Origin: an uncultured Planctomycetota bacterium
GTDB taxonomy: Bacteria; Planctomycetota; Phycisphaerae; Tepidisphaerales; Tepidisphaeraceae
Length of the DNA stretch: 64,000 nt
Direction: 5' to 3'
NCBI GenBank assembly: GCA_963841915.1
Contig: CAWJEN010000006.1
Location: 96,001-160,000 of the forward strand
Shown here: one piece after another, positions 38,701-46,742 of the stretch
Layout of the letters: each line of letters begins with the position of its first letter
Numbering within the stretch: the first letter of the stretch is position 1
Translations under genes and position numbers: made by a program
The notes under the pieces: generated by a model
Databases searched by the model: none
What the model saw: the letters and a program-made list of their open reading frames with translations, nothing else
Told to the model about the DNA's origin: nothing

Positions 38701-41700
38701 GTCACCGGCATCGCAGACGGCAGCGAAGCCGCTCACGCGCTCATCGAAAAGTACCACGACCGCCGCCTTTGCGACCGTGTCAGCGAGCTTGCCTGGACCC
38801 ACAGCCAGGTCGTGCTCCGTCAGCTCGGCATCGACGAAGCCGACGCCCAGGCATACGGCCGCCTCGCCGGGAGCGTGATCTACGCGACGCCTCAACGTCG
38901 CGCCGACGCCAGCGTCATCGCCCGCAACCTCGACCTTAATCGCAAGCAAAGCAACCTCTGGGCGTACGGCATCAGCGGCGACCTGCCGGTCGTGCTCGTC
39001 CGCGTCGGTGACCACTCGAAGGTCGCCATCGTCGAAGAGGCCGTACGCGCCCACGCCTACTGGCGTCGCAAGGGCTTGCAGTGTGACCTTGTCGTCTGGA
39101 ACGAAGACACCAGTGGCTACCGCGCCGAGGTCAACGATGCAATCATGGCCGCCGTCAGTCGTGCCGGTTCTGCCGACCTGCTCGACCGACCGGGTGGCAT
39201 ATTCGTCCGACGTGGCGAGCAATTCCCCGACGAAGACAAGGTGCTGATCCAGACGATCGCACGCATCACGCTCGTCGACTCGGGTGGCCGGCTCATCGAT
39301 CAGATCGAACGGCGTATGAGCGTCAGGCCGCTCGGTGTTTCGAAGCTCGTGTCGAACCAAGGCGGCCGCAATACGTCGAGCGGCAAGCTGCTGCCGTCTC
39401 GCGAGATCGTCACCGCAGACGAAATCGTCGGGCGACGTGGCGACCTGCTGTTCAACAATGGCTCAGGCGGCTTCACGCCCGACGGTAAAGAATACGTCGT
39501 CGTCCACGACGCCGCACACCCGACGCCCGCGCCATGGTCCAATGTCATGGCCAACCCAACGTTCGGCACGATCGTGACCGAGTCCGGTGGTGGCTACACG
39601 TGGCGCACCAACGCACGAGAGTTCCGCCTTACGCCCTTCTACAACGATCCGGTCGGCGACACGAGTGGCGAGGCGCTGTACCTCCGCGACGAAGAATCGG
39701 GCCGCTTCTGGTCACCCATGGGCGCACCGGCCCGGGGCAACGACCCCGTCACCACGCGGCATGGCTTCGGCTACTCGATCTTCGAGACCAGTGAGCAAGC
39801 ACTTCGCACGGAGACAGCCGTCTACGTCCACCGCGATGAGCCGACGAAGTTCGTCGCCGTCAAGGTGCACAACACGAGCGACCGCCGTCGCAAGGCGTCG
39901 CTTTGGTACTACGCAGAGTGGGTGCTGACCGATCAACGCGCAGCAGGTGCCATGCACGTCGTCACGTCGCTGGACCCGAAGTCGGGTGCGGTCCTGGCTC
40001 GCAACCCATACAACAGCGACTTCGGCAGCTCGACAGCGTTCCTGCAGTGCAGCGAAAGCCGTCGCAGCGTGACCGGTGACCGCCTCGAGTTCCTCGGGCG
40101 CAACCATGGCCCGAGCAACCCTGCAGCACTCGGCCGCGAGAAGCTCAGCGGTAAGGTCGGTGCGGGACTCGATCCCTGTGCCGCCATGTGCGTGCCGGTC
40201 GACCTCGGCCCCGGCGAAGAAAAAGAAGTCGTCTTTACTATCGGCGCCGGTGACAACGAGCAACACGCCATCGCCATGGCCAACCGCTTTTCGGCAGTAC
40301 CGGAAACCAAGCGTGCGCTGGAAGACAACTGGGAGTTCTGGAGCCGAACCCTCGGCAGCCTCTACATCGACACGCCCGATCCGGCCGTCAACGTCCTCGC
40401 CAACGGCTGGCTCGAGTACCAAGCCCTCTCCTGCCGCTACTGGGGCCGAAGCGGCTACTACCAGTCAGGCGGTGCCTACGGCTTCCGCGACCAGTTGCAG
40501 GACGTCGCCGCATTGCTCTGGTGCACGCCACACCTCATCCGCGAGCAACTGCTTCGCGCTGCCGCCCACCAGTTCGTCGAGGGCGACGTCCTCCACTGGT
40601 GGCACCCGCCCGTCGGCCGTGGCGTCCGCACGCACTTCAGCGACGACTACATGTGGCTGCCGCTCATCTGCGCCCGCTACGTCAAAGCCACCGGCGACAC
40701 CGGCGTCCTCGAAGAACGCGCACCGCTCCTGACGGGTGAAGCCGTCCCGCTCGATCAAGAAAGCGTTTACAAAGAATGGGCCAACGCCGCCGAAGACGAT
40801 GACCTGTACGGGCACTGCAAACGCTCCATCCTGAACGGCATCGACAACCGCGGCTACGGCCAGCATGGTCTGCCCCTCATGGGTTGCGGTGACTGGAACG
40901 ACGGCATGAACCTCATCGGTGAGCACCACAAGGGCGAAAGCGTCTGGCTCGGCTGGTTCTTCATCGAAACCCTTCTCGACTTCGCCCCGCTCGCCGACGC
41001 TCGCGGCGACGCAGACTTTGCCAAGCGCTGCCGCGACGAGGCCGAAACCCTCCGCGCCAACGTCGAACGCGAAGCCTGGGACGGCGACTGGTACCGCCGC
41101 GCCTACTTCGACAACGGCGAACCGCTCGGCAGCTCGACCAATCCCGAGTGTCAGATCGACTCGCTGCCGCAGTCGTGGGCCGTGCTCTGCGGAAAGGGTA
41201 ATCCCGACCGCGCCGCACAAGGCATGAAGGCTGTCGAGGACCGCCTCGTCCGTCGCGACAAGGGCCTCATCCAGCTCTTCGATCCGCCCTTCGACGACAG
41301 CCATCTCGAGCCCGGATACATCAAGGGCTACGTCCCCGGCGTCCGCGAAAACGGCGGCCAATACACCCACGCCGCCGTCTGGACCGTCATGGCCTACGCC
41401 AAGCTCGGCGACGCCCGGCGGGCGTGGGAGCTGTTCGACCTCATCAACCCGGTGAACCACGCCGTCGACCACGACAGCGTTCAGAAGTACCGCGTCGAGC
41501 CCTACGTCGCCGCCGCAGACGTCTACGGCGTCAGCCCCCACGTCGGCCGCGGCGGCTGGACCTGGTACACCGGATCCGCCGGCTGGATGTTCCGCCTTAT
41601 CGTCGAATCCCTCCTCGGCATCACCCTGAAGTACGAGGAAGGCGAAAATGGGGGAGAGCACAGGCTCTACCTCGCCCCGCTCCTGCCCGAGGGCTGGGAC

Positions 41701-41883
41701 AACTTCGGCTTCACCTACCGCCACAAGGACACCCACCACAACTTCCGCATCACCCGCCCCAGCCCGGCGAGCACCCCACCCGCCATCGCTTCCATCACCA
41801 TCGACGGCAAGCCGGCAAAGACCGACTTCATCCGCCTCCTCGACGACGCCGAACGCCACGAGATCGTCGTCACCCTCGAGTAG
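32716..41883 (+). CDS. ndvB: Cyclic beta-1,2-glucan synthase (Cgs/NdvB/ChvB; GT84 + cyclising GH-like domain + GH94 phosphorylase domain)
   Basis: EWLVDNFY, ELWAVPIMLR, WMGWERKRGKL, LSHDLIES, RWVRGDWQ, RTSPTNIGL, YDLLASE.RL, SWSGSMFEYLMP, YQSGGAYGFRDQLQD, GDWNDGMN, RENGGQYTH, GRGGWTWYTGSAGW; GGAG RBS before TTG. Confidence 0.95.
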   Translation: MQTRFAGGASGPDVHPVNRTDAPRRNPLSRLAAVLRPERDDNTGFQDLDDQPLRGDLYSGDQLAQHARTLAGWHETEEEETFGPQLLLDRLRGNRRVLEDAYEQVVDAAERGRRVAPAAEWLVDNFYLIEQQLRLAAHHLPRGYATELPRLKSGPNAGKPRVYDLAMELITHVDGQVDKASLSRFVESYQSAAALRQGELWAVPIMLRISLIENLRRVAARVAEGQRDQDAAEHWAERILTAAKRDPKSVVSVLSDMYASMVPPTSPGQERRPLRLSSGFVSEFARRLRGQGPSTASSLEWLGQALADQGAGIDQMAQLESQRQATDQVSIGNSIGSLRFVESHDWSEWVEAQSQVEAALRTDPAEVYEGQTFLTRDSYRHVVERLAKHGPYSERQVAELAVGLAREGGTPGPREAADADVKRHIGHYLIGEARPKLDRVAGTRSTFGSTLRAVWRAAPLEWFLGTATLLALVGTLAVSMWSASHGMPWWAIIAMILPIFIAASQPAVAFVNWLVTKLAAPKALPRMRFEDGIPASCRTVVVVPTMLSSPAAVDDVVAGLEVRHLANPDQHLHFCLLSDLPDADEEVLDGDEELIARAAEQIKQLNEQYGAGEGEKFMLLHRPRKWNESEGAWMGWERKRGKLAEFNALLRPAGRDGDKAIRQFSHTVCKRDVLFDVEYVIALDGDTELPRDTARQLVATIDHPLNRPIYDPVVGRVTSGYGILQPRVGVDLPSASASLFSRVMSGEPGVDPYTNAVSDVYQDAFGEGSFIGKGIYHPATFEKACADNFPENAILSHDLIESAFARSGLVTDVVLYEDHPSSYAADVARRTRWVRGDWQLIAYLLPWLRREGGWIKNPTSGLSRWKLLDNLRRSLVPIAVLAVLIIAFIAEPSAAWAWALLSVGYFFGPLILKLSFDAFAALFGAGDEERPAKLRVGDVWQSSRVGFARSAMSLALLPYEAFVHTVAIVKTLYRLWFSRRHLLEWTTAAEAERKARLDHASFWEAMWPAWMVAVGVIAWLIGSDHYEATIVATLTLALWWAVSPTLAFVMSRPIKRKAPREMLVDRDRRFLRKVGRRTWSFFDRYVAAADNYLPPDNVQELPNERIAPRTSPTNIGLALLSNVAAHDFGYITLGQLLDRTQRTLNATGRLERHETGHLFNWYDTRRLEPLTPRYVSSVDSGNFVASVRVLELALDGLVDEPVIGPQAWPGVADVVRLLLDTCRDREQTRLEEDDEPQLPPSRVFKLPPDLERRLERIASDCDAGGPSKLGGAKMFLQTMSIVANEAVAATRDAPAEASRWAQELQRQVSRFADELHHLCPWVDLVGPSRPYAGGDGSSRGRLAVIEKALLQLDNYPSLRDVAKLADEVVPAARALVEEVDTATIRPHADLPYFQRLARILGDASDRAASRVETIKQLKSSCLPLRQADWSLLYDRSRNLLHIGYDASERRKDAGYYDLLASEMRLASFALVADGTLPQEHWFALGRQTTRVGRHEALLSWSGSMFEYLMPLLVMPTYSGTLLDETYTGVVDRQIEYARSNGINAGVPWGVSESGYSTTDAELTYQYRPFGVPGLGFKRGLGEDLVIAPYASMMAAMVNPPAAAKNLRRLRDEGKMGRFGFYEAIDYTPARIKRDRKEAIVRQWMAHHQAMGFLGFANLLLDGPMQKRMAASADFKSGELMLHERVPRGAHVFPHTGEHAGSRRAEQQAVGILRTFNKPDQPTPEVHLLGNGRLATMVSTAGGGYTRWDDGDGKTLAVTRWNEDAVRDCWGTFVYLRDLDTGTFWSNAYQPTLREPQQYEAIFSQARAEYRRVDRLPTIGRDGKEDDASSGPSQSPGDDIETYTQISVSPEDDVEVRRVVITNRGRKTRTIELTSYAEPVLADPRADAAHPAFQNLFVQTRLVRGRQAILAKRRARGEGERTPYAVHLVTLHGTEVGDAQYETDRGAFVGRGRSLVDPAAMHNERLADTNGSVLDPIVSVRRVVKIGPGERARFDVVTGIADGSEAAHALIEKYHDRRLCDRVSELAWTHSQVVLRQLGIDEADAQAYGRLAGSVIYATPQRRADASVIARNLDLNRKQSNLWAYGISGDLPVVLVRVGDHSKVAIVEEAVRAHAYWRRKGLQCDLVVWNEDTSGYRAEVNDAIMAAVSRAGSADLLDRPGGIFVRRGEQFPDEDKVLIQTIARITLVDSGGRLIDQIERRMSVRPLGVSKLVSNQGGRNTSSGKLLPSREIVTADEIVGRRGDLLFNNGSGGFTPDGKEYVVVHDAAHPTPAPWSNVMANPTFGTIVTESGGGYTWRTNAREFRLTPFYNDPVGDTSGEALYLRDEESGRFWSPMGAPARGNDPVTTRHGFGYSIFETSEQALRTETAVYVHRDEPTKFVAVKVHNTSDRRRKASLWYYAEWVLTDQRAAGAMHVVTSLDPKSGAVLARNPYNSDFGSSTAFLQCSESRRSVTGDRLEFLGRNHGPSNPAALGREKLSGKVGAGLDPCAAMCVPVDLGPGEEKEVVFTIGAGDNEQHAIAMANRFSAVPETKRALEDNWEFWSRTLGSLYIDTPDPAVNVLANGWLEYQALSCRYWGRSGYYQSGGAYGFRDQLQDVAALLWCTPHLIREQLLRAAAHQFVEGDVLHWWHPPVGRGVRTHFSDDYMWLPLICARYVKATGDTGVLEERAPLLTGEAVPLDQESVYKEWANAAEDDDLYGHCKRSILNGIDNRGYGQHGLPLMGCGDWNDGMNLIGEHHKGESVWLGWFFIETLLDFAPLADARGDADFAKRCRDEAETLRANVEREAWDGDWYRRAYFDNGEPLGSSTNPECQIDSLPQSWAVLCGKGNPDRAAQGMKAVEDRLVRRDKGLIQLFDPPFDDSHLEPGYIKGYVPGVRENGGQYTHAAVWTVMAYAKLGDARRAWELFDLINPVNHAVDHDSVQKYRVEPYVAAADVYGVSPHVGRGGWTWYTGSAGWMFRLIVESLLGITLKYEEGENGGEHRLYLAPLLPEGWDNFGFTYRHKDTHHNFRITRPSPASTPPAIASITIDGKPAKTDFIRLLDDAERHEIVVTLE

Positions 41884-41965
41884 CACGGCCAGCTCAGGCA
41901 ACGCCCCCAACAGGCGTGCAGTCGGGCGCTCACAGGCGGAGCAGAACGTGCGTGTGGAGCGGAAA

Positions 41966-42160
41966 ATGCGGTCAGGCGACACGTCCGCCGGCATCAAGCA
42001 AGCTGACGAGGCGGCGGTGCCGGACGACGAGCAAGAGGGCAACCCCCTCCGCGCCTTCTTCGTCGTCGCCCCGGACGGGTTGTGCTTCTCCTTCCACGAG
42101 CCCGCACCGGCGTGGAGGCTCCCGCCGACGCCACGCCCGTCGACCGGATCGACCTCGTGA
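41966..42160 (+). pseudogene. Possible degraded fragment of a VOC/glyoxalase-family gene
   Basis: LRAFFVVAPDGLCFSFHEP resembles the terminal F...PDG...F strand motif of VOC proteins; the rest of the domain is missing. Recognition is from memory only. Confidence 0.3.
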
Positions 42161-42208
42161 CGTAGGCCGAGACGGAACGTCCTAGGCAGTTGTCACTAGA
42201 ATGTCGCC

Positions 42209-45200
42209 ATGGGAAATGGGGCCACCGGCATGAAGTCCATCGGTAAGCCGTTCGCGAGTATCGCGACGGCTTTTAATCAAGCACCGCGCGAGCTTCTCGT
42301 CTCGCAGTCGTGCGACTTTGCGACCGACTGTGTGAGAAACGGGACGCCTGTTGCTCTGGCCGGCATCGGTGTGACGTGCGGTGCCAGTGCCCTCGCCGTC
42401 CTTGGCCTCGTCGCGGCGGTCGGCGGCGTTGCCGCGTGGCAGTCGTACGTTGAGAAACGGGACGCTGCCGAGCTGCAAAATCTGATCAAGCGGGCAGGCA
42501 CACAGGCAAACGACACGCAATCGCTCGTCCGCGAACTTCGCAAGCAATTGCAGCCGACGAACGCTCCGTCCGTCGACGATGACCCTGCCGTCGTGGCCGC
42601 GGTCGAAGCCTTCATCAAGGGCAACGTCGCAGACGCCGCGGAGGCTTGCCCGAAGTTCGTGCAAGACGTCCTCGACGCGGCTGAACAAGCAAAGACGAAC
42701 GACGGAAGCGATCTTCTCGAACTCGCCCGCCGCGACGAATTCAACCTCGCCGACGAAGTTCTCGCCCAAGCCGACAAGCTCGACCGGTTCTGGCCGACCC
42801 TCGTCGCCATCGCCGGCGTCACGGAGCAAATCCGGTCAACGCAACTCGATGACAGCCAGAAGCTCGATGACATCCACCAGTTCATCAAGCAACGGCGTCC
42901 TGCCGGAAGCAGCGCCCCTCGCCACAACCTCGCCGGGCTTGCCGTACCGAACCGTCGATTCGTCGGACGCCAAGGTCATTTGAGTCAACTCAGCACCTGG
43001 CTCGCCGACGAAGAACGTCCGCCCGTCCTTGCCCTCGTCGGTGGCGGCGGGTTCGGCAAGACCGAGATCGCCCGCGTCGTCGCGACCTCTGCCCTCGCCG
43101 CGTTCGACGGCGTCTGGTGGCTCAACGGGCTCGACGCCGACCTCAAGCAACCTGACGCTGACCCCAACGCCGCCGCCGAAGCACCGGATCGTAAGGCACT
43201 GCCTTCTTTCCTGTTCAGCGGCCTCCGTGATCTCTGCCGCACCCTCGGCCAAACCGTCGGCGACCAGCCCACCGATGCCCAGCTCGTCCAGGCCCTCCAC
43301 GCCGGCATCGACAAGATCGGCGGGCGACACCTGCTCGTCCTCGACGACGTCGACCCCATCGGTCCGGCTCGCCTCCTCTGCCTTCCCGGGTCACACCGCA
43401 CGCTCTTCACCCGTCGCGGCCACGCCTTCCCCGCCGAGCTCGGCCGTGCGATCGACGTCGGCAAACTTGCCCGACAAGACGCCGTCGCCATCCTCACCGG
43501 CGACCGACCGGAACTACGCAACAGCGATGATCCTGCCCTCGACGCCATCTGCGACGCCGATGTTCTGGGCGATCACGCGCTCGCCGTCGCCCAGGCGGGC
43601 AAGTACCTCGGCACCTTCGACGTCACGCCGACCGCACTGCTCGATCTGCTTAAGGCACAGAACGTCGATGCCGTCGTCCAGGAACTGCACGACGTCGATC
43701 CCGACCTCGCCGGCACCGGCGTCGGGCAGAGCATCGCCCGGACCGTCGGCTTGCTGATGGATCGCATTGACGACAACGCGAACGGTCGCCGTCTGCTGCT
43801 CGCCGCCAGCCTCGTCGGCCCCGACAACTGCCCGCTCGACCTCCTGGCCGACGCGCTCGACCTCTCGAAGCAGGAGGCGGACAAGGCCGCCGTCAAATTG
43901 CACAACCTCGCGCTGCTCCGCCGGGACAAGGTCAAGCGTTGGGATGAGGCAGAGCACATCGTCGTCTCGACGCACAACCTGACGCAACGCGTCACCGTCG
44001 CCCGTGCCGACGCCGCCGAGGTCGAAGCGACGGGCGCTACCCTGCGCGATCAACTGCTTAGCATCTTCACGACGGATGCTCTTGATCGTCCCCAGCATTG
44101 GCCACGCCTCGACGCTTTCGCGGCACACGCGCAGTCGCTGCTGGCCAAGGGGCATGGTGCTCACACGGATCCAAGCTGGGCTGTCTTGTGCAATCAGGTT
44201 GCCTACTTCGCGTGGATCGCTCGGAACAGGCATGGTACCGCCCTGCCCCTCTTCGAAGAGGCCGAGCGGATCGACCGCGCCGCCTTCGGCAACGACCACA
44301 CGAACGTGGCGAGGGCCGTCAACAACATCGGCAGCGTGCTGAAGGCCCGCGGCGACCTGGCGGTGCTTGCGAAGTTCGAGGAGGCCGAGCGGATCGACCG
44401 CGCCGCCTTCGGCGACGACCATCCGACGGTGGCGAGGGTCGTCAACAACATCGGCGGCGTGCTGCAGGCCCGCGTCGACCTGGCGGGGGCGTTGCGAAGT
44501 ATCGAGGAGGCCGAGCGGATCGACCGCGCCGCCTTCGGCGACGACCACCCGGACGTGGCGACGGACGTCAACAACATCGGCAGCGTGCTGAGGCGCCGCG
44601 GCGACCTGGCGGGGGCGCTTGGCAAAGTACGAGGAGGCCGAGCGGATCGACCGCGACGCCTTCGGCGACGACCACCCGAACGTGGCGAGCGTCGTCAACA
44701 ACATCGGCGGCGTGCTGGACGACCGCGGCGACCTGGTGGGGGCGCTGGCGAAGTACGAGGAGGCCGAGCGGATCGACCGCGCCGCCTTCGGCGACGACCA
44801 CCCGGACGTGGCGAGGGACGTCAACAACATCGGCAGCGTGCTGAAGGCCCGCGGCGACCTGGCGGGGGCGCTGGCGAAGTATGAGGAGGCCGAGCGGATC
44901 GACCGCGCCGCCTTCGGCGACGACCACCCGGAAGTAGCGACGGACGTCAACAACATCGGCAGCGTGCTGGAGGCGCGCGGCGACCTGCCGGGGCGCTGGC
45001 GAAGTACGAGGAGGCGTTCAAGATCGTTCTCCGGACGAACGGGGCGCGCGGGCAGAACACTGTCGTGGGTGCCAAAAATGTGCTCGTTGCTGGCGGCGAT
45101 CCGCTGGCCCTCGCCCGGCGGACCGCCGAGGACGAGGCGGCGCAGATCGTTCGGGTCGAGCTGATGAAGACTCTTCCGGACGAGTTGAAGACGAAGCTGG

Positions 45201-45214
45201 CGGCGTTGGAGTAA
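42209..45214 (+). CDS. NLR-like STAND protein (unknown N-terminal domain + NB-ARC + 42-aa TPR array); +1 frameshift near 44620 and -1 near 44992
   Basis: HNL...NRRFVGR, Walker A GGGGFGKT, Walker B LLVLDD, LGDHALAVAQAG (GLPLA-like), THNLTQ (MHD-like). Correcting the two indels gives one ORF ending TAA at 45212-45214, in frame with the start. Confidence 0.85.
44252..45016 (+). repeat. Six near-identical tandem repeats of about 126 bp encoding TPR units
   Basis: Units start at 44252, 44375, 44501, 44628, 44754, 44880 and a partial at 45005 (lengths 123, 126, 127, 126, 126, 125); consensus YEEAERIDRAAFGDDHPxVAxxVNNIGxVLxxRGDLAGALAK. Confidence 0.95.
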
Positions 45215-45453
45215 TGCCAGCCGGGATAAGCTGAAGAGATCAGACCGCGCTCTCGCGTCAGGCCTTGCCCGGTGGGCCTCTCCGGTGGCATGGAGTGGGG
45301 GGGCCAGACGGGGCAGATGCAGGTTGTTCGCTGGTCGACACGACTTGGACGGCGACTCCTTGTGTCGTGCCGTCGACATCTCCTCCGGTCTCCCTTCGGC
45401 TTCGTCTTGCGGCGGTGACGGGTCGACTTGCCGCAGTGTGGCTAAATGCCTGC

Positions 45454-45642
45454 GGGATCGGCGGCGAACCAGGGTCAATCGGCTCGCAGTTGACGTTGAT
45501 CGGCAGGCGTCTGGCATCGATGGGTCGCGGCTTGGGCCCGACGGGGCGTGAGATCAACCTGAGGGGGCTCGGGACGACGTCGATGGGATGCTGTTTTACA
45601 TCGATCGGGCGCCGCTTTACTTCGATGGGGCGCGGTGTCGCG
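45454..45642. repeat. Degenerate 21-bp periodic array (9 units, core TCGATSGG)
   Basis: The core A recurs at 45457, 45478, 45499, 45520, 45541, 45562, 45583, 45604 and 45625, exactly 21 bp apart. Confidence 0.85.
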
Positions 45643-45706
45643 CGGGTGAGACGATGGGGAAGGGGCGCTGCGATGTGCCCGACACAGTGGGCAGCGGCGG
45701 ACATCG

Positions 45707-45799
45707 TTTCCCTACCCCCCACCCACTACCACCACCTACCCCACCCTGCTATCCCACACATTTCACTCCCACACCATTCACTCCCACACCTTTCCATTT
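45707..45799. repeat. G-free C/A/T tract with a 15-bp tandem repeat
   Basis: One G in 93 nt on +; TTCACTCCCACACC(A/T) at 45762-45776 and 45777-45791. Confidence 0.9.
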
Positions 45800-45810
45800 G
45801 CCCCTGAACG

Positions 45811-46497
45811 GTGTCCATCAACAGCACCACCTCCGACGCGGAACTGATCAGCTTCACCAAGTCCTTTCTGCGGACGGTGACCGGCCGCGAGGGGTCGTTT
45901 GGTCTCGGTGCTCCGATCATCGCGGAGCTGCAGGTCAGCTATGACGCGCTCGTCGACGCGATCGATCTCATCGAGGACCCGAACACGAACTCGCGGGCGG
46001 CTTACGCCGACAAGCGGACCAAGAAGGTGACTGTTGTCGAGCAGCTCCGAGCGGTCATCGCGGTCGCTCAGGCGTGGCCGGCCCAGACGGACGAGAAGCG
46101 GAGCGAGCTGGGCATCAAAGTGCGCGATCGCAAACCGACACGCCGACCTATTCCGGTCGAGCTGGCGACGGTCGAGGTGCTGAGCGTGCTGCGTCGTCAG
46201 GTGACGGTGCAGGTGCGGAACCCCGAGGGCGGCCGGGCCAAGGTGGCCGGGGCTGCGTCGATTCAGGTCTTTACCCACGTCGGCGAGACGGCACCGGCGG
46301 CTGGTGCTGCCTGGACGTTCCAGATGTCGACCGGCAAGACGAAGTTCGACGTGCGGTTCCCCGACATCGTCCCGGCAGGCGCGAGCGTGTGGGTGGCGGT
46401 CGCCTACCACAACGCAGCAGGCACCGGCCCGATGAGCACGGCGACACAAGTCAACCTGCCCGGCGGCCAAGCGGTCTACGCCCGCGAAGCGGCTTAA
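45811..46497 (+). CDS. Uncharacterised protein: N-terminal helical bundle + C-terminal Fn3/Ig-like domain
   Basis: SDAELISF...FGL...LGI helical region, Pro-rich linker, beta-rich C-terminus ending G..VWV...Y.N..G.GPMS; no signal peptide; GTG start. Confidence 0.75.
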   Translation: MSINSTTSDAELISFTKSFLRTVTGREGSFGLGAPIIAELQVSYDALVDAIDLIEDPNTNSRAAYADKRTKKVTVVEQLRAVIAVAQAWPAQTDEKRSELGIKVRDRKPTRRPIPVELATVEVLSVLRRQVTVQVRNPEGGRAKVAGAASIQVFTHVGETAPAAGAAWTFQMSTGKTKFDVRFPDIVPAGASVWVAVAYHNAAGTGPMSTATQVNLPGGQAVYAREAA

Positions 46498-46536
46498 GTC
46501 ATTCTGCATTGCTAAAGTATCAACCATCTCAGAGTC

Positions 46537-46714
46537 GGAGGAACGCGAAGGGGCGAAGGGGCGAAGGTCCGCGAAGGCCCGCGAAGTCCAGAAAAAGGAT
46601 GGGGTGGGACTTCGAAGGACGTTGACGTACTTCGAGCTCTCTACCCATTTCTCCCTCTCTGCCCTTCGCGCATCGTTGCTCCTTCGCCACGTCGCGCTTC
46701 GTCGCTGTTCTGCC
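46537..46714. repeat. Long imperfect foldback (REP/MITE-like) with GCGAAG repeats
   Basis: Left arm has five GCGAAG units and the right arm has CTTCGC units; inner arms ATGGGGTGGGACTTCGAAG / CTTCGAGCTCTCTACCCAT pair around GACGTTGACGTA. Confidence 0.65.
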
Positions 46715-46742
46715 TTTCGTCTATCACTTCACGACTTTTATC

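Noticed and set aside
44252..45016. TPR repeats as a DGR template/variable pair
   Set aside because: No reverse transcriptase in the window, the AAC AAC codons are invariant, and variation is not confined to adenines.
45454..45642. 21-bp array as a CRISPR array
   Set aside because: The period is far too short, the core is degenerate, and there are no cas genes.
45258..45807. Overlapping 154-aa (-) and 180-aa (+) ORFs as genes
   Set aside because: Both are products of the 21-bp periodicity and the low-complexity tract and lack convincing RBS or domain features; kept only as a hypothesis in the array finding.
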